DNA from: Phoronis australis
Taxonomy: Eukaryota > Animalia > Phoronida
Length of the DNA: 64,000 nucleotides
Assembly: GCA_002633005.1 (NCBI GenBank)
Contig: NMRA01000310.1
Location: forward strand, 66,624 to 130,623
Direction: 5' to 3'
Below are positions 1 through 13,300 of the stretch, in pieces. A program made the position numbers and the translations under genes. The notes beneath the pieces are model-generated. The model had not been told where the DNA came from. It saw only the letters and a program-made list of their open reading frames with translations, and ran no database searches. Every line of letters begins with the position of its first letter. Position 1 is the first letter of the stretch.

Positions 1-781
1 ACGCGAATTAATAGATAACAAAATCAAGTTAGAATTGGAGACAGATTTCGTCGTGGTCTCTTAATTCTCACTGCTTTTTCGTAACAGCATCAGAAATGAT
101 GAATTTCCAAGATGGCCGAGGGCAGATATGATGGACAACCAAAAATGGCTGACGACAAAAATGAAAAATTCAGATATTATATTTACTGGTGACTTTGGCA
201 ACTGGAAAGACTGTATCTCAGATGATTTTTAAATGGAGCAAAATCATTGATGATGAAATTATTCTAAGTTCAATTTCCATTTCATACAACTACTATGCTC
301 CCCATCTCCAAGACAAAAGCTTACGCCGTTCTTAATTTAATTTTCCGTTGTTGCTCTATACCATATTTACATAATTGTGATTCAGTATTTTAGAATAGTT
401 TCACATTTTCAAGGATCAGGTATCTATTTGCAACAAATTAAAGTCAGGACCACACAGAGTTTGATTACTCGACAGATAAGCGAAAAAGCACAATGGACCA
501 ATGACGACGAGAATCTCCATTGAAGCGTTCAGCATAAACAAAAACAATACTCTGGTTAGACGTGATGGTACTATGCGCAATGAAACAACCAACGCTCACA
601 CCTCCTGGCTGTATACTCTTTATAGACTGAAGACCGGACGGGAGTGCCACCTATGGGTCTCTCAGTGAGACCTACGTTAGTAGGACAGGTGTTAGTTGAA
701 TTGTGAAGAGAGTAAAGACAAATAGTTGTCTCCGGGGGTGAGACTGCTTAACTAGAGGGGGGGACAGTGTGGCTCACTTAC

Positions 782-799
782 CCCTTGCCATCCTTAGTC
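782..799 (-). CDS. Cav2: IIIS3-S4 microexon 3 (18 nt), (S)TKDGK(G)
   Basis: gatattacag|GACTAAGGATGGCAAGGG|gtaagt. Confidence 0.7.
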
Positions 800-1127
800 C
801 TGTAATATCAACCATAGCAATCAAAATGTGGTCTACTATAAGACGACAACAACCTCGTATTACTCCGCCTCCACCACTACTGCACCACTACCACAAAGAA
901 ACCACTACCCACACCCAAAGTAGCACCGTGTACCAAGTACAGAAACTATTTGTCTTTAAATGGCGTGTGAATTTTGGACTGGATTTGGAATCATGGGATA
1001 TATCAGTAAAGAGTATACACCATCTCAAATTATAGCACATGAAAAACCCAGTGAAATGATAGGTGACAGCAACAAACCAATGAAATGATCTCATACTAAG
1101 ACATGGTGGTCACTCTGCATGTCTTAC

Positions 1128-1145
1128 CGCACAACTTCAGGATCA
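1128..1145 (-). CDS. Cav2: IIIS3-S4 microexon 2 (18 nt), (S)DPEVV(R)
   Basis: Long pyrimidine tract, then ctttgtatttcag|TGATCCTGAAGTTGTGCG|gtaaga. Confidence 0.7.
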
Positions 1146-1592
1146 CTGAAATACAAAGTGCGCCAATGGTTAAAACGGGGAAAAGTGAAAAGGAGGCTTA
1201 AAAGAAACGGAGTAGACAGAAACGGAATTGTGCAGAACGCAAGAGCAGCTGTTTATGAAGCCTGTATTTAATTTTTCATAGTGGTACAAAATGTTTTTAA
1301 TTAACTCACCTGATACATTTACGCTATGTAAAATGACTGGAGTACCCATTGATAGGTAATGGGTAATGGTTATTAGTAAGTGTGGCATTTTGTCAATGAA
1401 TGTCAGCCACGTGCATGGAATTTTGGCCGTCAAGCGGTCAGTCATTAAAACGAACGTCACGTGTCTCTGCACGAGCAGAATGCCAAGTAACCCTCAGCCT
1501 ACTGCGTTACCCTTTATTTGTTTATCTACCAATAGAGCAAGAAACAAGCTCACGTGCGGCAAAACTGTCATAATCTACACACAACATAATAG

Positions 1593-1697
1593 GCAACAGT
1601 CACTTACAGGGGTCCTGCATTTTGAGGACGTTTTCTCTACTGAAAAATGGCCATCGAACTGCTTCTTAAAGTCTGGGATCCCTGTAAGTAACTATGC
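1593..1697. mobile_element. Palindromic MITE-like repeat, family with ttttgagaaccagttt core
   Basis: Arms agtcacttacaggggtcc and ggatccctgtaagtaact. Related copies at 2641-2738, ~34430-34525, ~36220-36310 and ~38510-38600. Confidence 0.6.
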
Positions 1698-2640
1698 AGA
1701 CATATGGATGTCAGGCTTAATTGCCTTGTGTGCAGTGTTAAAATGCCATGTTGGGTATTAAGATGTAGCACAGAGCTGATGGAACAGGCGCATTTGACCG
1801 GATGTATCACAATTGGAATAAAGTTCTTAGTACACAGTCAAAGATTTATAATGTTTCCGGATTTCACTTTGAGGCCTCTCTCAAACTAATAATGACGTAA
1901 GAGGCTGGGACCTGTGATGTTATCCCGACACATTTCCAGATGTCCGTCAGACGTCCCCATGCAGGGCGACATCACACAACCCAAGTCTCTCATGCCATCA
2001 TTACTTTGACAAAGGCCTCAGCGTGAAGGCCGAAAACGTTAACTAGGTACGTAAATCTTTGACTGTGTACTCAGAAGTTTATTCCAATTATGGAGCATGG
2101 AGCACACTGTGTACGCAATATGAGTTAATGGTATTCCATTTCATTGCACGGATTACAAGAGAAGCTCAATGCAAACTATGTGTAGTAGGGATCTGTTCAA
2201 GGCAGGATGAATATCAGGAGTCATTTTGCGTCAAAAACCTTTGCACATTCAAGTATTCAGTTTGTTTGTAGGTCACCTTAACACCCTGGGGTCATTGACG
2301 AGAGTGCAATCCTTTCACATTCTAGTGCTCAATTTATTGTAGTCGCCAAGTCTGGACATTTTTTGTTGACGTAGTCCCGCTCACATTGAAAAGGAGCCTT
2401 TTTAAAAATTAATAATTTATGGACTGCTGAGATGATCTAGTGACAAACAGCAGTAGAACACATCTACTGGAGCAATGACATGAAAAAAAAACGAAAGATC
2501 CTCATCTAAAATGTAAATTCACATTCAATCTAATGCAACTTCATGACATACGGTGAATTTCTTTCGTAAAACATGCTGTGAAAAACGTGTCAGTCGATTT
2601 GCTCAGACAGACATACTGTCTTCACACTGAGGTCACATCA

Positions 2641-2738
2641 GTAACAGTCACTTTCAGGGGACCCACATTTTGAGAACCAGTTTACTGCCCTGAATAACAG
2701 GCACCAAACTGGTTTTCTCCCCTGTAAGTGACTATTGC
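2641..2738. mobile_element. Palindromic MITE-like repeat (same family as 1593-1697)
   Basis: gtaacagtcactttcagggga ... tcccctgtaagtgactattgc, with inner arms gagaaccagttt and aaactggttttc. Confidence 0.65.
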
Positions 2739-2887
2739 CCTCATAATTGACACCAGTTAACGTAAGTTTTTGAAACAATGACATGCACATAACTGGACTT
2801 GGCACATGGCAAGCCCCGTAACATAATCTTGCTTGACTGGTGATATAGAAGCATAACATGAATTGTGAATCCCTGTGAGTGACTTAC

Positions 2888-2905
2888 CCCGCCGAATCTT
2901 GATGG
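2888..2905 (-). CDS. Cav2: IIIS3-S4 microexon 1 (18 nt), (S)HQDSA(G)
   Basis: tgtctctgtcgccctgtgttcag|CCATCAAGATTCGGCGGG|gtaagt. Confidence 0.75.
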
Positions 2906-4015
2906 CTGAACACAGGGCGACAGAGACACGAAAATCAGTTTAAAAAGTGTATAGTTAAACTGAGTGATTTTGTGGCCAACGTATGGTGTACTCACTGAGA
3001 ACCATCGGATGTGTTCCAATGACACCTCACTTTACGTGTCGTTCACGCAAGCTTTGAATTATTGTCCGACAACAGAATACTAGCAGACAAACCAGTCGGA
3101 CTACTTTGAACAAGTCTTACTTAAACGTAATGGAGAGAACACTGAATCCTTAATTTATGAACATAAACTTTGACTCGTTATGGTCGCTTTTTGCATGAAC
3201 CACAATTACGTCAGAACCAGCGCCCAGCCTCCGTACCTCTGGTAAGGACTCGAGATATCTCCTTAAAGAGTTGAGAAATAAACTCAATCTCTCAATCAAA
3301 AGGTTTATGTATCAGGTGAGGCACAGCATTTGAAACTGCAGTATTTGTTGTGAATCAATGTACAGTACATTTTACTTCATGACAAAATAATCTTTAGACT
3401 TGCACTATCTAGTGTTTCTCACTTCAAAAAATTGTGAAAATGAAGGGCAAAGCTAGGGGCAGGTAGCATCACAGGTAACAAGATAGTTGTAGAGAAAGAG
3501 AGAAGGGTAAGGAAACGACTCATCGTGAAGAAGGGGGTAGGGGGGTCCAACACCTGTGTTAGATACAACCTACCTTTCCTAAGAAACCACCAGATGGCAC
3601 TCATGCACACAAGCTAATGATATCCTTGCTTAACACTGCCGTATGCAAGATTAGTTTGTAATTTGACCACCAGGCGACAGTTTTTCTCAATTCTGATGAA
3701 GTCACTCGAACAATAAAACAATTGAATGCGATACTATACTGTAATGGGTTGGTGCCTAACTTCTTACACAATAATTTGTAACAGAAAACACTATGACATC
3801 CAACTTTTCAATTTTAATATCAGAGTTATGAAAAGAGTTAAGAAATCTACACTGAAAAACATTTTTAGGTATAAAACAAATCAGAAACAGTACCATTCTT
3901 AGTAGAACACAAATTCCGTATCATTAGACTTTCACTCGTCAGGCAGCAGCAGATACTACTAATACTGCAGATTATGTACAAAGGAAGTGGCGTGCATTGC
4001 ATAAATTCCAAGAAA

Positions 4016-4312
4016 TACGGTAAACATTCTCCAATTTGGGACACTATGAAAAATTAATTATTTTTCTCAAGGTCAGACCTTGTCCCAAAGTCTATAAATA
4101 GGCAGTACTGGTCGTCCCAGATTCAAGAATCACGGAAAGATGGCGAATGACCGATTCTTTAAATTGAAAACAAATTGTCTGAAATTTGAAAAATATGGTG
4201 AACGCCAAAATTGCTTTTGTCCCAAATTACGGAATCAAGAAAATTCAATTTATCTGGGAGTTACCGTGTCCCAAACTCAATAGACTGTCCTAAATTGGAG
4301 AATTTTATCGTA
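4016..4312. mobile_element. MITE-like element with imperfect terminal inverted repeats
   Basis: tacggtaaacattctccaatttgggaca ... tgtcctaaattggagaattttatcgta. Confidence 0.55.
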
Positions 4313-4876
4313 ACTTGTCCCCATTCAGGCATAATATTCAAGATTTAGAATGCAAAATTACGACACTCCATCGCTACGTGACCAATAAGCCTGTCATTGG
4401 TTGACGGTCAAACTATCAAGTTCTAAAATTATTCACTATCCCTGTGGCACACCATAATGTAATTCAGTAGGAAGACCCAAGACATTGCTTAGCCCCACGG
4501 TCATCAATACTGAATAAACTAATTATAACTAAAATATGATTCTGAACAATTTTGCAATCACTGGAACATACACTGAGCTTTAGAAAGAAAACAAAAAACA
4601 GATAGGCTAGCCCCTTAGTGCTGTAGATATTGTGACTGTGCCAATTTTGATTACTGGGCACACCGCCACAGGGTGAAATATAATGAAATTCAAAGCACTT
4701 TGAACTTAAATAAGGGCAAAATAAATCAAAATTCTTCGCAAGGCTTTCTGCCTAAAACTCAGCATGAGAACCAGTAAATTCATCAAAATCCAAAACAATC
4801 TGTACAGACATTGATTAAATTCAGATATCACTCGGTTGCTACGACAGTAGTTGCTAGGCAACGGCATCGTACTTAC

Positions 4877-4983
4877 GAGAATGCAAACGCCACCAGAGCA
4901 CAGATGACTACTGTGGCATCCAGAATATTCCACAAGTCTCGTGCGTAGGCACCGGGGTGGAAGAGGAACCCTAGATCAATGAC
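4877..4983 (-). CDS. Cav2: Cav2 exon, IIIS2-S3 (107 nt)
   Basis: [35 protein letters not shown](S); tttcag| ... TC|GTAAGT (phase 2). Confidence 0.95.
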
Positions 4984-6197
4984 CTGAAACATCAGAGGTC
5001 AAAAGTGGTTAGGAGTATAGTACCAAGCAGGACATTTTATAGGTTTAGACCTTATTTCAACCTTACACCGTTTTTTTTTAGGTAAACATTTATTAAATCA
5101 ACCAATACGCGCATAGATGTACAGCAATATGAAATCTAATTAAGTACATCAAACAAATTAAAGCATTATCGAACCCTATAAAAAACTAAGACCCCTTGCC
5201 TAGAATCTCTCAGGCGTCAATATATAATTATTTTAATAAATAATTTTTCCAGGTTGTGGTAAACATAAACCTCCCATAATGACTGAAATTTGGGCATAGC
5301 GTTTTGCAATCTTTGCTTACAGAAATGAAATTTTGCTAAGCAAAGAATTAAATGTACGACTTTCAACCTACAGGCTGGACCTCCAAATAAGGCGGTAGAC
5401 ATATCTGACTGCAGATGGACCTTGCTATACCTGTTATTGTATAGCAAGTGATGTCAAATACTTTCCATGGGAAAGTTGAAAACATTACTCAGCTACAGTA
5501 ATTCTCCACTAGTTTCGCACACCCACCTCATTTCGCACATCTAAAATTATTTGGAAAAAATATTTCGTACTTCACTTATTTCACACGAGACTGCGTGGCA
5601 GGAATTTCACACCTCACCTAATTCACTCATGGTCAGTTTCGCAGGCAAAGCAGTATCATTAACACCAGTAATTAACACCTTTTTAATTGTGTTAATTATG
5701 TCTGACCAATGCATATTCACTTCATTCATGGAATATCTCATGTTGTTGTAAACACGTGGTGGAACAGGTTGTTGGTGATGATTTGTTCGTCAGTTTATTA
5801 CTTAAACTCGACAACCACTTAGTGTAAATATATCGTTTTCAGTGAGGTGTGGAAATATGACGGGACAAAACGTTCGTAACCACCAAGTATGTTCAGTTTC
5901 GTTTACACCCCGTGACTATCGGAGTGAAATAGGCGGAGATTAACCGTAAGTTTCTGCTACAGCTGACACAAAATGGATTCCTTGTTTCGAGATACGTCAC
6001 CCTTCCACACTGTAGTCCATTTACTGACCCTAAGCGCAAGTAATGCTTTGCCGAATAAGCGGATTTCGTATAACTAAGAAGTTTCCGAAGCTGAATCCAG
6101 CTTTTGAACATTGACGAAGGTTTACATAGCTTTATTCGGTAATGTCAGTTGAAAGGTCAAAACTTGAGTTTAGTATCCTTTTAAGCTACCGACCTAC

Positions 6198-6387
6198 CTT
6201 GAGTAATAGCTCAACAGTGAAGACCGCTGTGAAAATGTAATCAAAATAGTTGAGATAGGTGTTTCTGTCGGACTTAGGGTTGACAGGGTCTTCCGCAGCC
6301 AGGGCAACGCTGCTGGCCAGAATGACGATCATGATGAATATGTCGAAGAAGCGCAAGTTGACGACGAAGTGTGCAAACATACGCACT
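6198..6387 (-). CDS. Cav2: Cav2 exon, IIIS1-S2 (190 nt)
   Basis: VRMFAHFVVNLRFFDIFIMIVILASSVALAAEDPVNPKSDRNTYLNYFDYIFTAVFTVELLLK; donor |GTAGGT. Confidence 0.96.
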
Positions 6388-7027
6388 CTACAACAACAAA
6401 CAGGTGATCAGACTGAATAAAGGGTCTCTTTACGCGAGACTTTTTGCTGAATTTTCACTGCACATTTTTTACTCAAGTGGACAAACCCAATAATTCTGCG
6501 TTCAACACAGTCCGTAAAGTTCCACAGAAAGATTTGCCTCAGCGCAGCAGGATATAAATATCTTAGACTAGAAAATACTTCGCAGCAGACATTCCCAACA
6601 GATCAAGGATTCTTTCGTGCTGACAGAAGGATAACTATTATTCAAAAAAAAAAAAACAATAACCCCTATGAAAAGGAAATCAATCTTAAACCTCTTTTAA
6701 ACCCACATGTGAATGACTGTGACCTACATTTGATTCCGTCAAAACAGACAAACGTTGGATGTACCACCACAAGACTGACATCAATTTATTCATAACACTG
6801 TTACACTGGGTTTAGGCAGGACCATCTGTTCATTACTGCTTGAAGCAAAGCACAGTGCAAAACATGGGTGGCAATTAGGTCAAGACAACAAATTGAGAAT
6901 TTAGTTATTTTTTAACAAAAGGAAGCTAGATTTATCACACCTCTATGACTTTAATAATAGTGCGAGTCGAACTTTAAGACATAAAAAAATGAGACGTGGC
7001 CTAAAACTACCAAATATATCCACTTAC

Positions 7028-7222
7028 GGGTTAGTTGGTCTGAACACAAACAATGAGCTATACGGCAACATGGGCTTGGGTTTTGGTGGACCAGAATTCT
7101 CCTCTTCTTCATCGGCTTGGTTAGCAGCAGGGCCCAAGTCAAATTTAGGGTCAATCTCAAGGGCAATCTGCTTGTTGTCCTTGGCACTAGAGTCCGCCAC
7201 CCGGCTGCCACTGAAAGAGATG
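7028..7222 (-). CDS. Cav2: Cav2 exon, distal II-III linker (195 nt; alternative in-frame acceptor at 7210)
   Basis: ISFSGSRVADSSAKDNKQ...EEEENSGPPKPKPMLPYSSLFVFRPTNP; donor |GTAAGT. Confidence 0.92.
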
Positions 7223-8135
7223 CTGTTGTTGAAAAAAAGGTCTTAGAAATTAATAAAGAAAACAGAGTTCAATAGAGAAAGGTGAGGACGATGCATCAAC
7301 GACGCAAACAAGCGTAACTTAAACTTCCATGTTTGTTCATGCAAGTGTGCAACATAACACAGAACAGAAGGTAATTAATTAGCCAATGTTGATTTAAAGA
7401 GGCTATTATTAACGATAAATATTTTAGTAGACACTAGCCAGTCATTGCACCCAACAAATGATATCTTAAAACTATAATATGCAGAAGAAACATATAATAG
7501 CATTGAACTGCCGCATTCACGGTGAAAATCGGATAAGAAACATTGTACTACATAATCTCCAACACCACAGCACTTTGCATACGCAACAGATTGAGCATCA
7601 ACAAGTGAAATATTACACTCAAAGGCTGCTACTGGGAGCAGATAGACATTAGAAAGTGCATATATCTCAATGTATATCAAATGATGGCGTGTCAGCAAAT
7701 ACCAGAATGTATAAAAAATAAGTCCAAAAGCACACTTTAGGTGGAAAACCACCAACAGATATCAGAAAAAGGAACATCGACAGGTGCCTAACAAAGGAAC
7801 ATCAACAGCCATTAGATGACAATGCATCATAGCAGTGTAGATATTAAATGTCAATCAATATGTACCACACGATAGTTCATCTCAAACGACAATATACATT
7901 GTATTAACTTTCACTTTCGGTCAATATGTTGTTTTTCAGAGCACAAAAAGTTATGATGGCTGAGGGATGATTTATTAAGTCGTTACGTCAACTAAGTAAA
8001 GGACTTTGTAAGAGGACTGTTTTTGCCTCTGACTGTGTCATTCAGTCATCTCAAAAACTTGAGAATGTATTTTTTGACACCTAAAAACTATAAACACCAA
8101 TCCAGATGGCGTAGTATACCAGTAAAAACACTTAC

Positions 8136-8257
8136 AAGTTAAAGTTGCCAGTCTTGGGATCCAGTTCATTGTTCTGTGGTGATGGCGGACAGATGTTGAC
8201 CTTTGGTGGCTCAATGCAGGTCAGGTGATCGCCTTTATGAAGAACCACGTCTTTCGC
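8136..8257 (-). CDS. Cav2: Cav2 exon, II-III linker (122 nt)
   Basis: AKDVVLHKGDHLTCIEPPKVNICPPSPQNNELDPKTGNFN; attacag| ... |GTAAGT. Phase 0/2 bridges the flanking exons exactly. Confidence 0.85.
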
Positions 8258-8693
8258 CTGTAATGGCCATTATTAATGAGAATGTGGCTAGATTTGTGAT
8301 TCTTTACCTCCTAAACTAGCAGAGAAAATAACTGATTTCGGTAAATGTCAAAGGTCGTATAATAGCACAGACTACAAGGGTCATATTTAATTGCAGAGAG
8401 TCGCTATCAACAAATACACATGTCCACTGTATGGCACTCTTTTGTCTAAGAACACTTCCAGTTCTCTCTACCCACTTCGACACAGCAGTGCAACAAAGAA
8501 GACTAAGGCTTTCATAAGCACGTATAACTCAACACCATAATCTGAATATTCCTTGTTCAACCTTGGGATCATGGCAGAGGATACGCAGTGTTTTGGGACA
8601 AAGTTATTGCATTATAATTTAAAACACGTTTTGTCCTGTTGAATGTGACTTGGCCATCATGCATGAAATCCATGAGGATGTTAAACTGTGTTA

Positions 8694-8920
8694 CCGGGGG
8701 GTCACTCATATTGACAAGGTCCAATAGGCCCCTAAATTTCCATTTCATCCCTGCAAAAGGCCCACTGCATTGGCCTCAGCCCCGTAAAAGGCGGTGAGGC
8801 AGAAAAATCTACCCCGCAAAAGGAGGTGGAAAGTTAGCAGACCTGGCACCTGTAATAGGGGTGTCTTAGAAATTTTTGGTAGAAGCCTGCAGGCACCTTG
8901 TCAACAAGAGTGACCTCCGG
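8694..8920. mobile_element. MITE-like element
   Basis: ccggggggtcactcatattgacaaggt ... accttgtcaacaagagtgacctccgg. Confidence 0.6.
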
Positions 8921-9049
8921 GCTGTGCTACAGTAACATCTCACCAATTTCCGACAAAAATAATTGTTCTTCAAAATTTTGTTTGAAGGTAGCTATGGTAC
9001 ATAACTTGCTACACGTTTCATGGAAAACATATAATTTCACTTCTTGGCC

Positions 9050-9985
9050 TTAAATTAGCAAGATTTTAATGTAATAAAGCACATGCCAATGTCAGCTACA
9101 AGGCCAACAGAGCAAGCCTCCATGAGAATGAATAAGGTCATGTGGGACCGCATAAATATGTCCAAATCTGGCAAACCACAGAACAACAGAAATGACTAAT
9201 CAGATACATGTGAAACCTTCAGATACTAAAGTGTCCCCCTTTTGCACAAAGGGTTGTCAAAAAAGGGATTTTTATAATTTTTCTGAAAAAATCAAAGTTG
9301 CACGAAACAAAAATGAAATAATTCAGAAAACAGTAAGCATTTTTGAAATATCAAACAAAATTTGGTCATGGTATTATTACCATTGTCTTGCTAAATTTTA
9401 TTGAAAAAACATGGCCACGTGACCAAATTAACGAGAAATTGGTCATAAGTTAAAAAAACAAAATTAATACTACAGACTTTCCACTTTCAATTACAAAAAC
9501 GTATACTTTTNATCCGCCTATGTTAAATTAGCAAGATTTTAATGTAATAATGCACATGCCAATGTCAGCTACAAGGCCAACAGAGCAAGCCTCCATGAGA
9601 ATGAATAAGGTCATGTGGGACCCCATAAATATGTCCAAATCTGGCAAACCACAGAACAACAGAAATGACTAATCAGATACATGTGAAACCTTCAGATACT
9701 AAAGTGTCCCCCTTTTGCACAAAGGGTTGTCAAAAAAGGGATTTTTATAATTTTTCTGAAAAAATCAAAGTAGCACGAAACAAAAATGAAATAATTCAGA
9801 AAACAGTAACAGCATTTTTGAAATATCAAACAAAATTTGGTCATGGTATTATTACCATTGTCTTGCTAAATTTTATTGAAAAAACATGGCCACGTGACCA
9901 AATTAACGAGAAATTGGTCATAAGTTAAAAAAACAAAATTAATACTACAGACTTTCCACTTTCAATTACAAAAACGTATACTTTT
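9050..9985. repeat. About 460-bp near-identical tandem duplication around a single n (9511); probable assembly or haplotype artefact
   Basis: 9050-9510 matches 9523-9985 with a few SNPs and indels; duplicated ORFs at 9192 and 9665. Confidence 0.85.
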
Positions 9986-10270
9986 ACGGCATTAAAATCT
10001 ATTTTTTAACACTTGGTTAAATACAGACTCGTTGATAAGGTCCTAGATAACTTTAAGACCCATCAGTTGTAACTTTTAACACAATGTAAATGTACATAGC
10101 AACTGAAAGAACACAAAGAATGTTGTTTGTCAATCACACAACAGGCCATCGTGCACATTCTGTACACGTCTGAGGCAAACTAAAAAGTCAACTTAAACGA
10201 CAACCTCCGCAACTGCTTTGGACATTCAAGCAATATCAAAATAAAAATGGATAACCCACAGAGAGCATAC

Positions 10271-10372
10271 ACAGATCTGAACTGAAGAGATTCGCCAGAC
10301 AGAGCTGAACGATCCAGTACCAGTACTTGGAGTAGGAGTTAAATTACTACAGAACTCAAACCACACTCCCTT
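10271..10372 (-). CDS. Possible optional II-III linker cassette exon (102 nt)
   Basis: ctctttcacaattag| open phase-0/0 frame KGVWFEFCSNLTPTPSTGTGSFSSVWRISSVQIC |GTATGC. No homology recognised. Confidence 0.22.
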
Positions 10373-13300
10373 CTAATTGTGAAAGAGTTACGCCAAAAGA
10401 TTTCAAAATGTTTTCCACCACCTTTTCATGAATAGAAAGTATCAGAACCCTTGAAGTAGTGACTTAAAATATTTTTAAAATAGGAAGTAAAATTTAATGT
10501 CAATCACTTACTGAAACATAGACTGAATTAAAGAGACATAATGACAACAGATGACGCCCAAGTATAGTTGATTATGGAAAATTCATCAAGCATGGGTGAC
10601 TGAGCATGTCTACAACTTCCACTGCCTTCTACAAAGCGAGAACTTGTGCAAAATTCTTGAAGTATCCGCCTACGCGCATCAAATCACAAAACCAAAATCC
10701 TGATTTATGAAACAATACGAAGTAGAGCTGTAATTAATTCTATTTTGTGTTGCAAGGTGGCAGCAGGAGCCATGAAGGGTCCCATGTGACCAGTCACCAA
10801 ATACTTGTTTATAGAGACATGAAAATTAGGCGTGCACATCCCAGTGTAGAGATTAAGGGAAAGGTTTTAGTAGAGTTGCATAGCAACATGAAGCTCTCAT
10901 GAACAGTGATGTAATTTTTCATTAAGATGAACAATTTGCACTTATCTGCAGATACTAATGACCATTATCACTTCATATAATAGCACATATATTGCCTTGA
11001 CCTATATACGAAAAGGTCAATTGTCTTCTATTAGACAGTACGTTATCATACATCATTAACATGAACCCACATTCATAGGCCCATATGTCCATGACACTTA
11101 AAACAAATCAGGCAAAGGCGTTCTTTAAATTTTCCACGGAGATGCGCAATTTCATCCATGAAGCTTACGTTTGTCATGATTTTGAACGTTAAAACAAGTT
11201 CTATTAGTTTCACGGAATGGTTTTAACTAACCAAGATTTTTCCCAACTTCGACAGACGAAAATAATCAACTCGTGGCTAAAAACACAAGATTAATGATGA
11301 CATGTCGTGCACGTCCTCATATTAAGGAACTTTGTATTTTTGAATTTTTCCACAAAATGCATCACGTTACCAATAAGCGGATAGGGTTATATATACATAT
11401 TAATGCATATGTATATATGTATATGTGTTTGTATATGGGAATTTACTGTAAATTTTAACACTTCTTTTCGTCGAAAATGAAATGAGTAAAATCACGATCG
11501 AATATGTACATGTAGCTTCACAGTTGACCAAAAAGAGAAAATTTTGCAGATAAAAAAGATTTCTAAAATATGTCCAAAGTGAGCTCAAATACCAAAACAG
11601 ATTCACAACAGAAAACTCTTGGGTTGAGAAATATTATCTAATTCTATGAATGTTTATTGAAGCTGTTATTTATTTATTGAAGCTGTTATTTAGAACCCAG
11701 ATGCTTGGTTCATCACAACATACAGGCAACAAAACCCTTCTACATTCGTCAAGACTAAGTGTTACTTTGCATCTTGGACACTGAATAGAAGGGATATATG
11801 TGATTTCTTGAAACTGGAAATGAACGCGAAGTTACGAGGAGGGAATAGCATACATCAACTACAGCAAAAAGTATGCAATACAGCACGTAAGAACACCATA
11901 CAGCACAAAAGTACGCAATACAGCAAACAGCAAAAAGTATGGTACGCAGTCAAAACAAGTGGCCAAGAAGAGGCAACGACCCAAACAACCTTGGAAATAA
12001 GTTCAACTAAGGAAGGCTTCAGTAATTTCATTTAAGACTAGTGAAACAATTGTGATTTATTTTGAAATCAATTTCATGATAAATTTATGCTCTAACCGGA
12101 GTTTTTCAGTTTTCAAATGAGGCAGATTGTTGAAACTGCGTACCTTTGGATGCAAATTCTGAGCCATGTGGAAAACACAATCTTAACGTCTCTCATAAAA
12201 AGAGTATAAACGAAAATAAAGAGGAGTGGTGTGAAAGATGTTGCCATGGTGACGAAAAAGAATGTGCACCTGTTCTGAAGCGTACTCCTGTTTGAGTTCT
12301 TCTTTACGCTGAAAACAACAAAATGTGCATGAAGACAAGAGGGACAAGGTATGTCTGTCACCGGTTGTACCGTCGGCAGTGACCAGCTGTGTCGCTTAAG
12401 GTGACCTGGTGAAAACAGTCCATTAATGAACAGGACTGGTTTGAATGGTCCGTCACACAGAAAAGGGGAGAACAATCCGTAATGTTGAAATAAGGTAGGA
12501 AGTCCGTTACATAGAAAGGTGAAAATAGTCCGTGACACAGAACATGGAAGAAGGATCTGTTACTTAGGGCAAAGGAGAACAGTCTTTTACATAGGACATG
12601 TGTGAGCAGTCTGGATAAAAAGGCGAGAATAATTCGTCACGGTTTGTCAGAGTAAAGGAGTTATACTGAATCCGTTTTTGTCATAAATTTCATCACGGTG
12701 AGCGAATTGTGCTCCGCAAGTGATGATGTCATTCAGCGTGGGCGCGGCTCATACAATAAAGATGGCGGTCCGCAACGGTGAATCCGAACAGTGAGTCCGT
12801 CACAGTTGGTCAGATAATGTTGAGTAGGTCGTGGCAACAAGACAGGGTCACATCTAGGACACAAGGTTGTGCTATACACTTCACCCAGCTGACGTGTGAA
12901 CTACGTAAAAAAATTAAGCTAAAGGTATTAAGGCTGTAATGATGAGATTCTGCACCACTCAACTGGGCTAATGATTCGATTTCCTGACCTTTTTAAATAA
13001 ATAAACGAATATAAAAATTGTATTTCCTTAGAAATCAATACAACGTCATTTGAAATAATCATTATTCCAAAACAGTTTTCTTTTCTAAAACTGCAGTTTT
13101 GAAATACCTCTGAAATAACGAAGAACATTGAAACAGGTCGACCAGTTTGTCAAAGACACCACCACCTTTCTTAAGCAACTTTGCCAACTGGACTCGCTCG
13201 TTTTCATTTCGGTACAACATTATACCAACAATGTACCTCTTGCGCGAGAAATCGTTACAGCCCTAACAGGGGAACGTCTACAGCACGTCCACACAAGTCT

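Noticed and set aside
465-560. Hydrophobic stretch VLFLFMLNASMEILVVIGPLCFFAYLS resembling an S3 helix
   Set aside because: Splice phases do not fit a replacement IIIS3 exon, and T-rich sequence easily yields hydrophobic peptides.
3115-3580. Further IIIS3-S4 microexon candidates (5, 21, 25 and 30 nt)
   Set aside because: Each has a weak acceptor or donor or breaks the frame, and none matches the 18-nt pattern. Worth a look only with RNA data.
9050-9985. 460-bp tandem duplication with a repeated ORF
   Set aside because: Same artefact signature (n at 9511); intronic.
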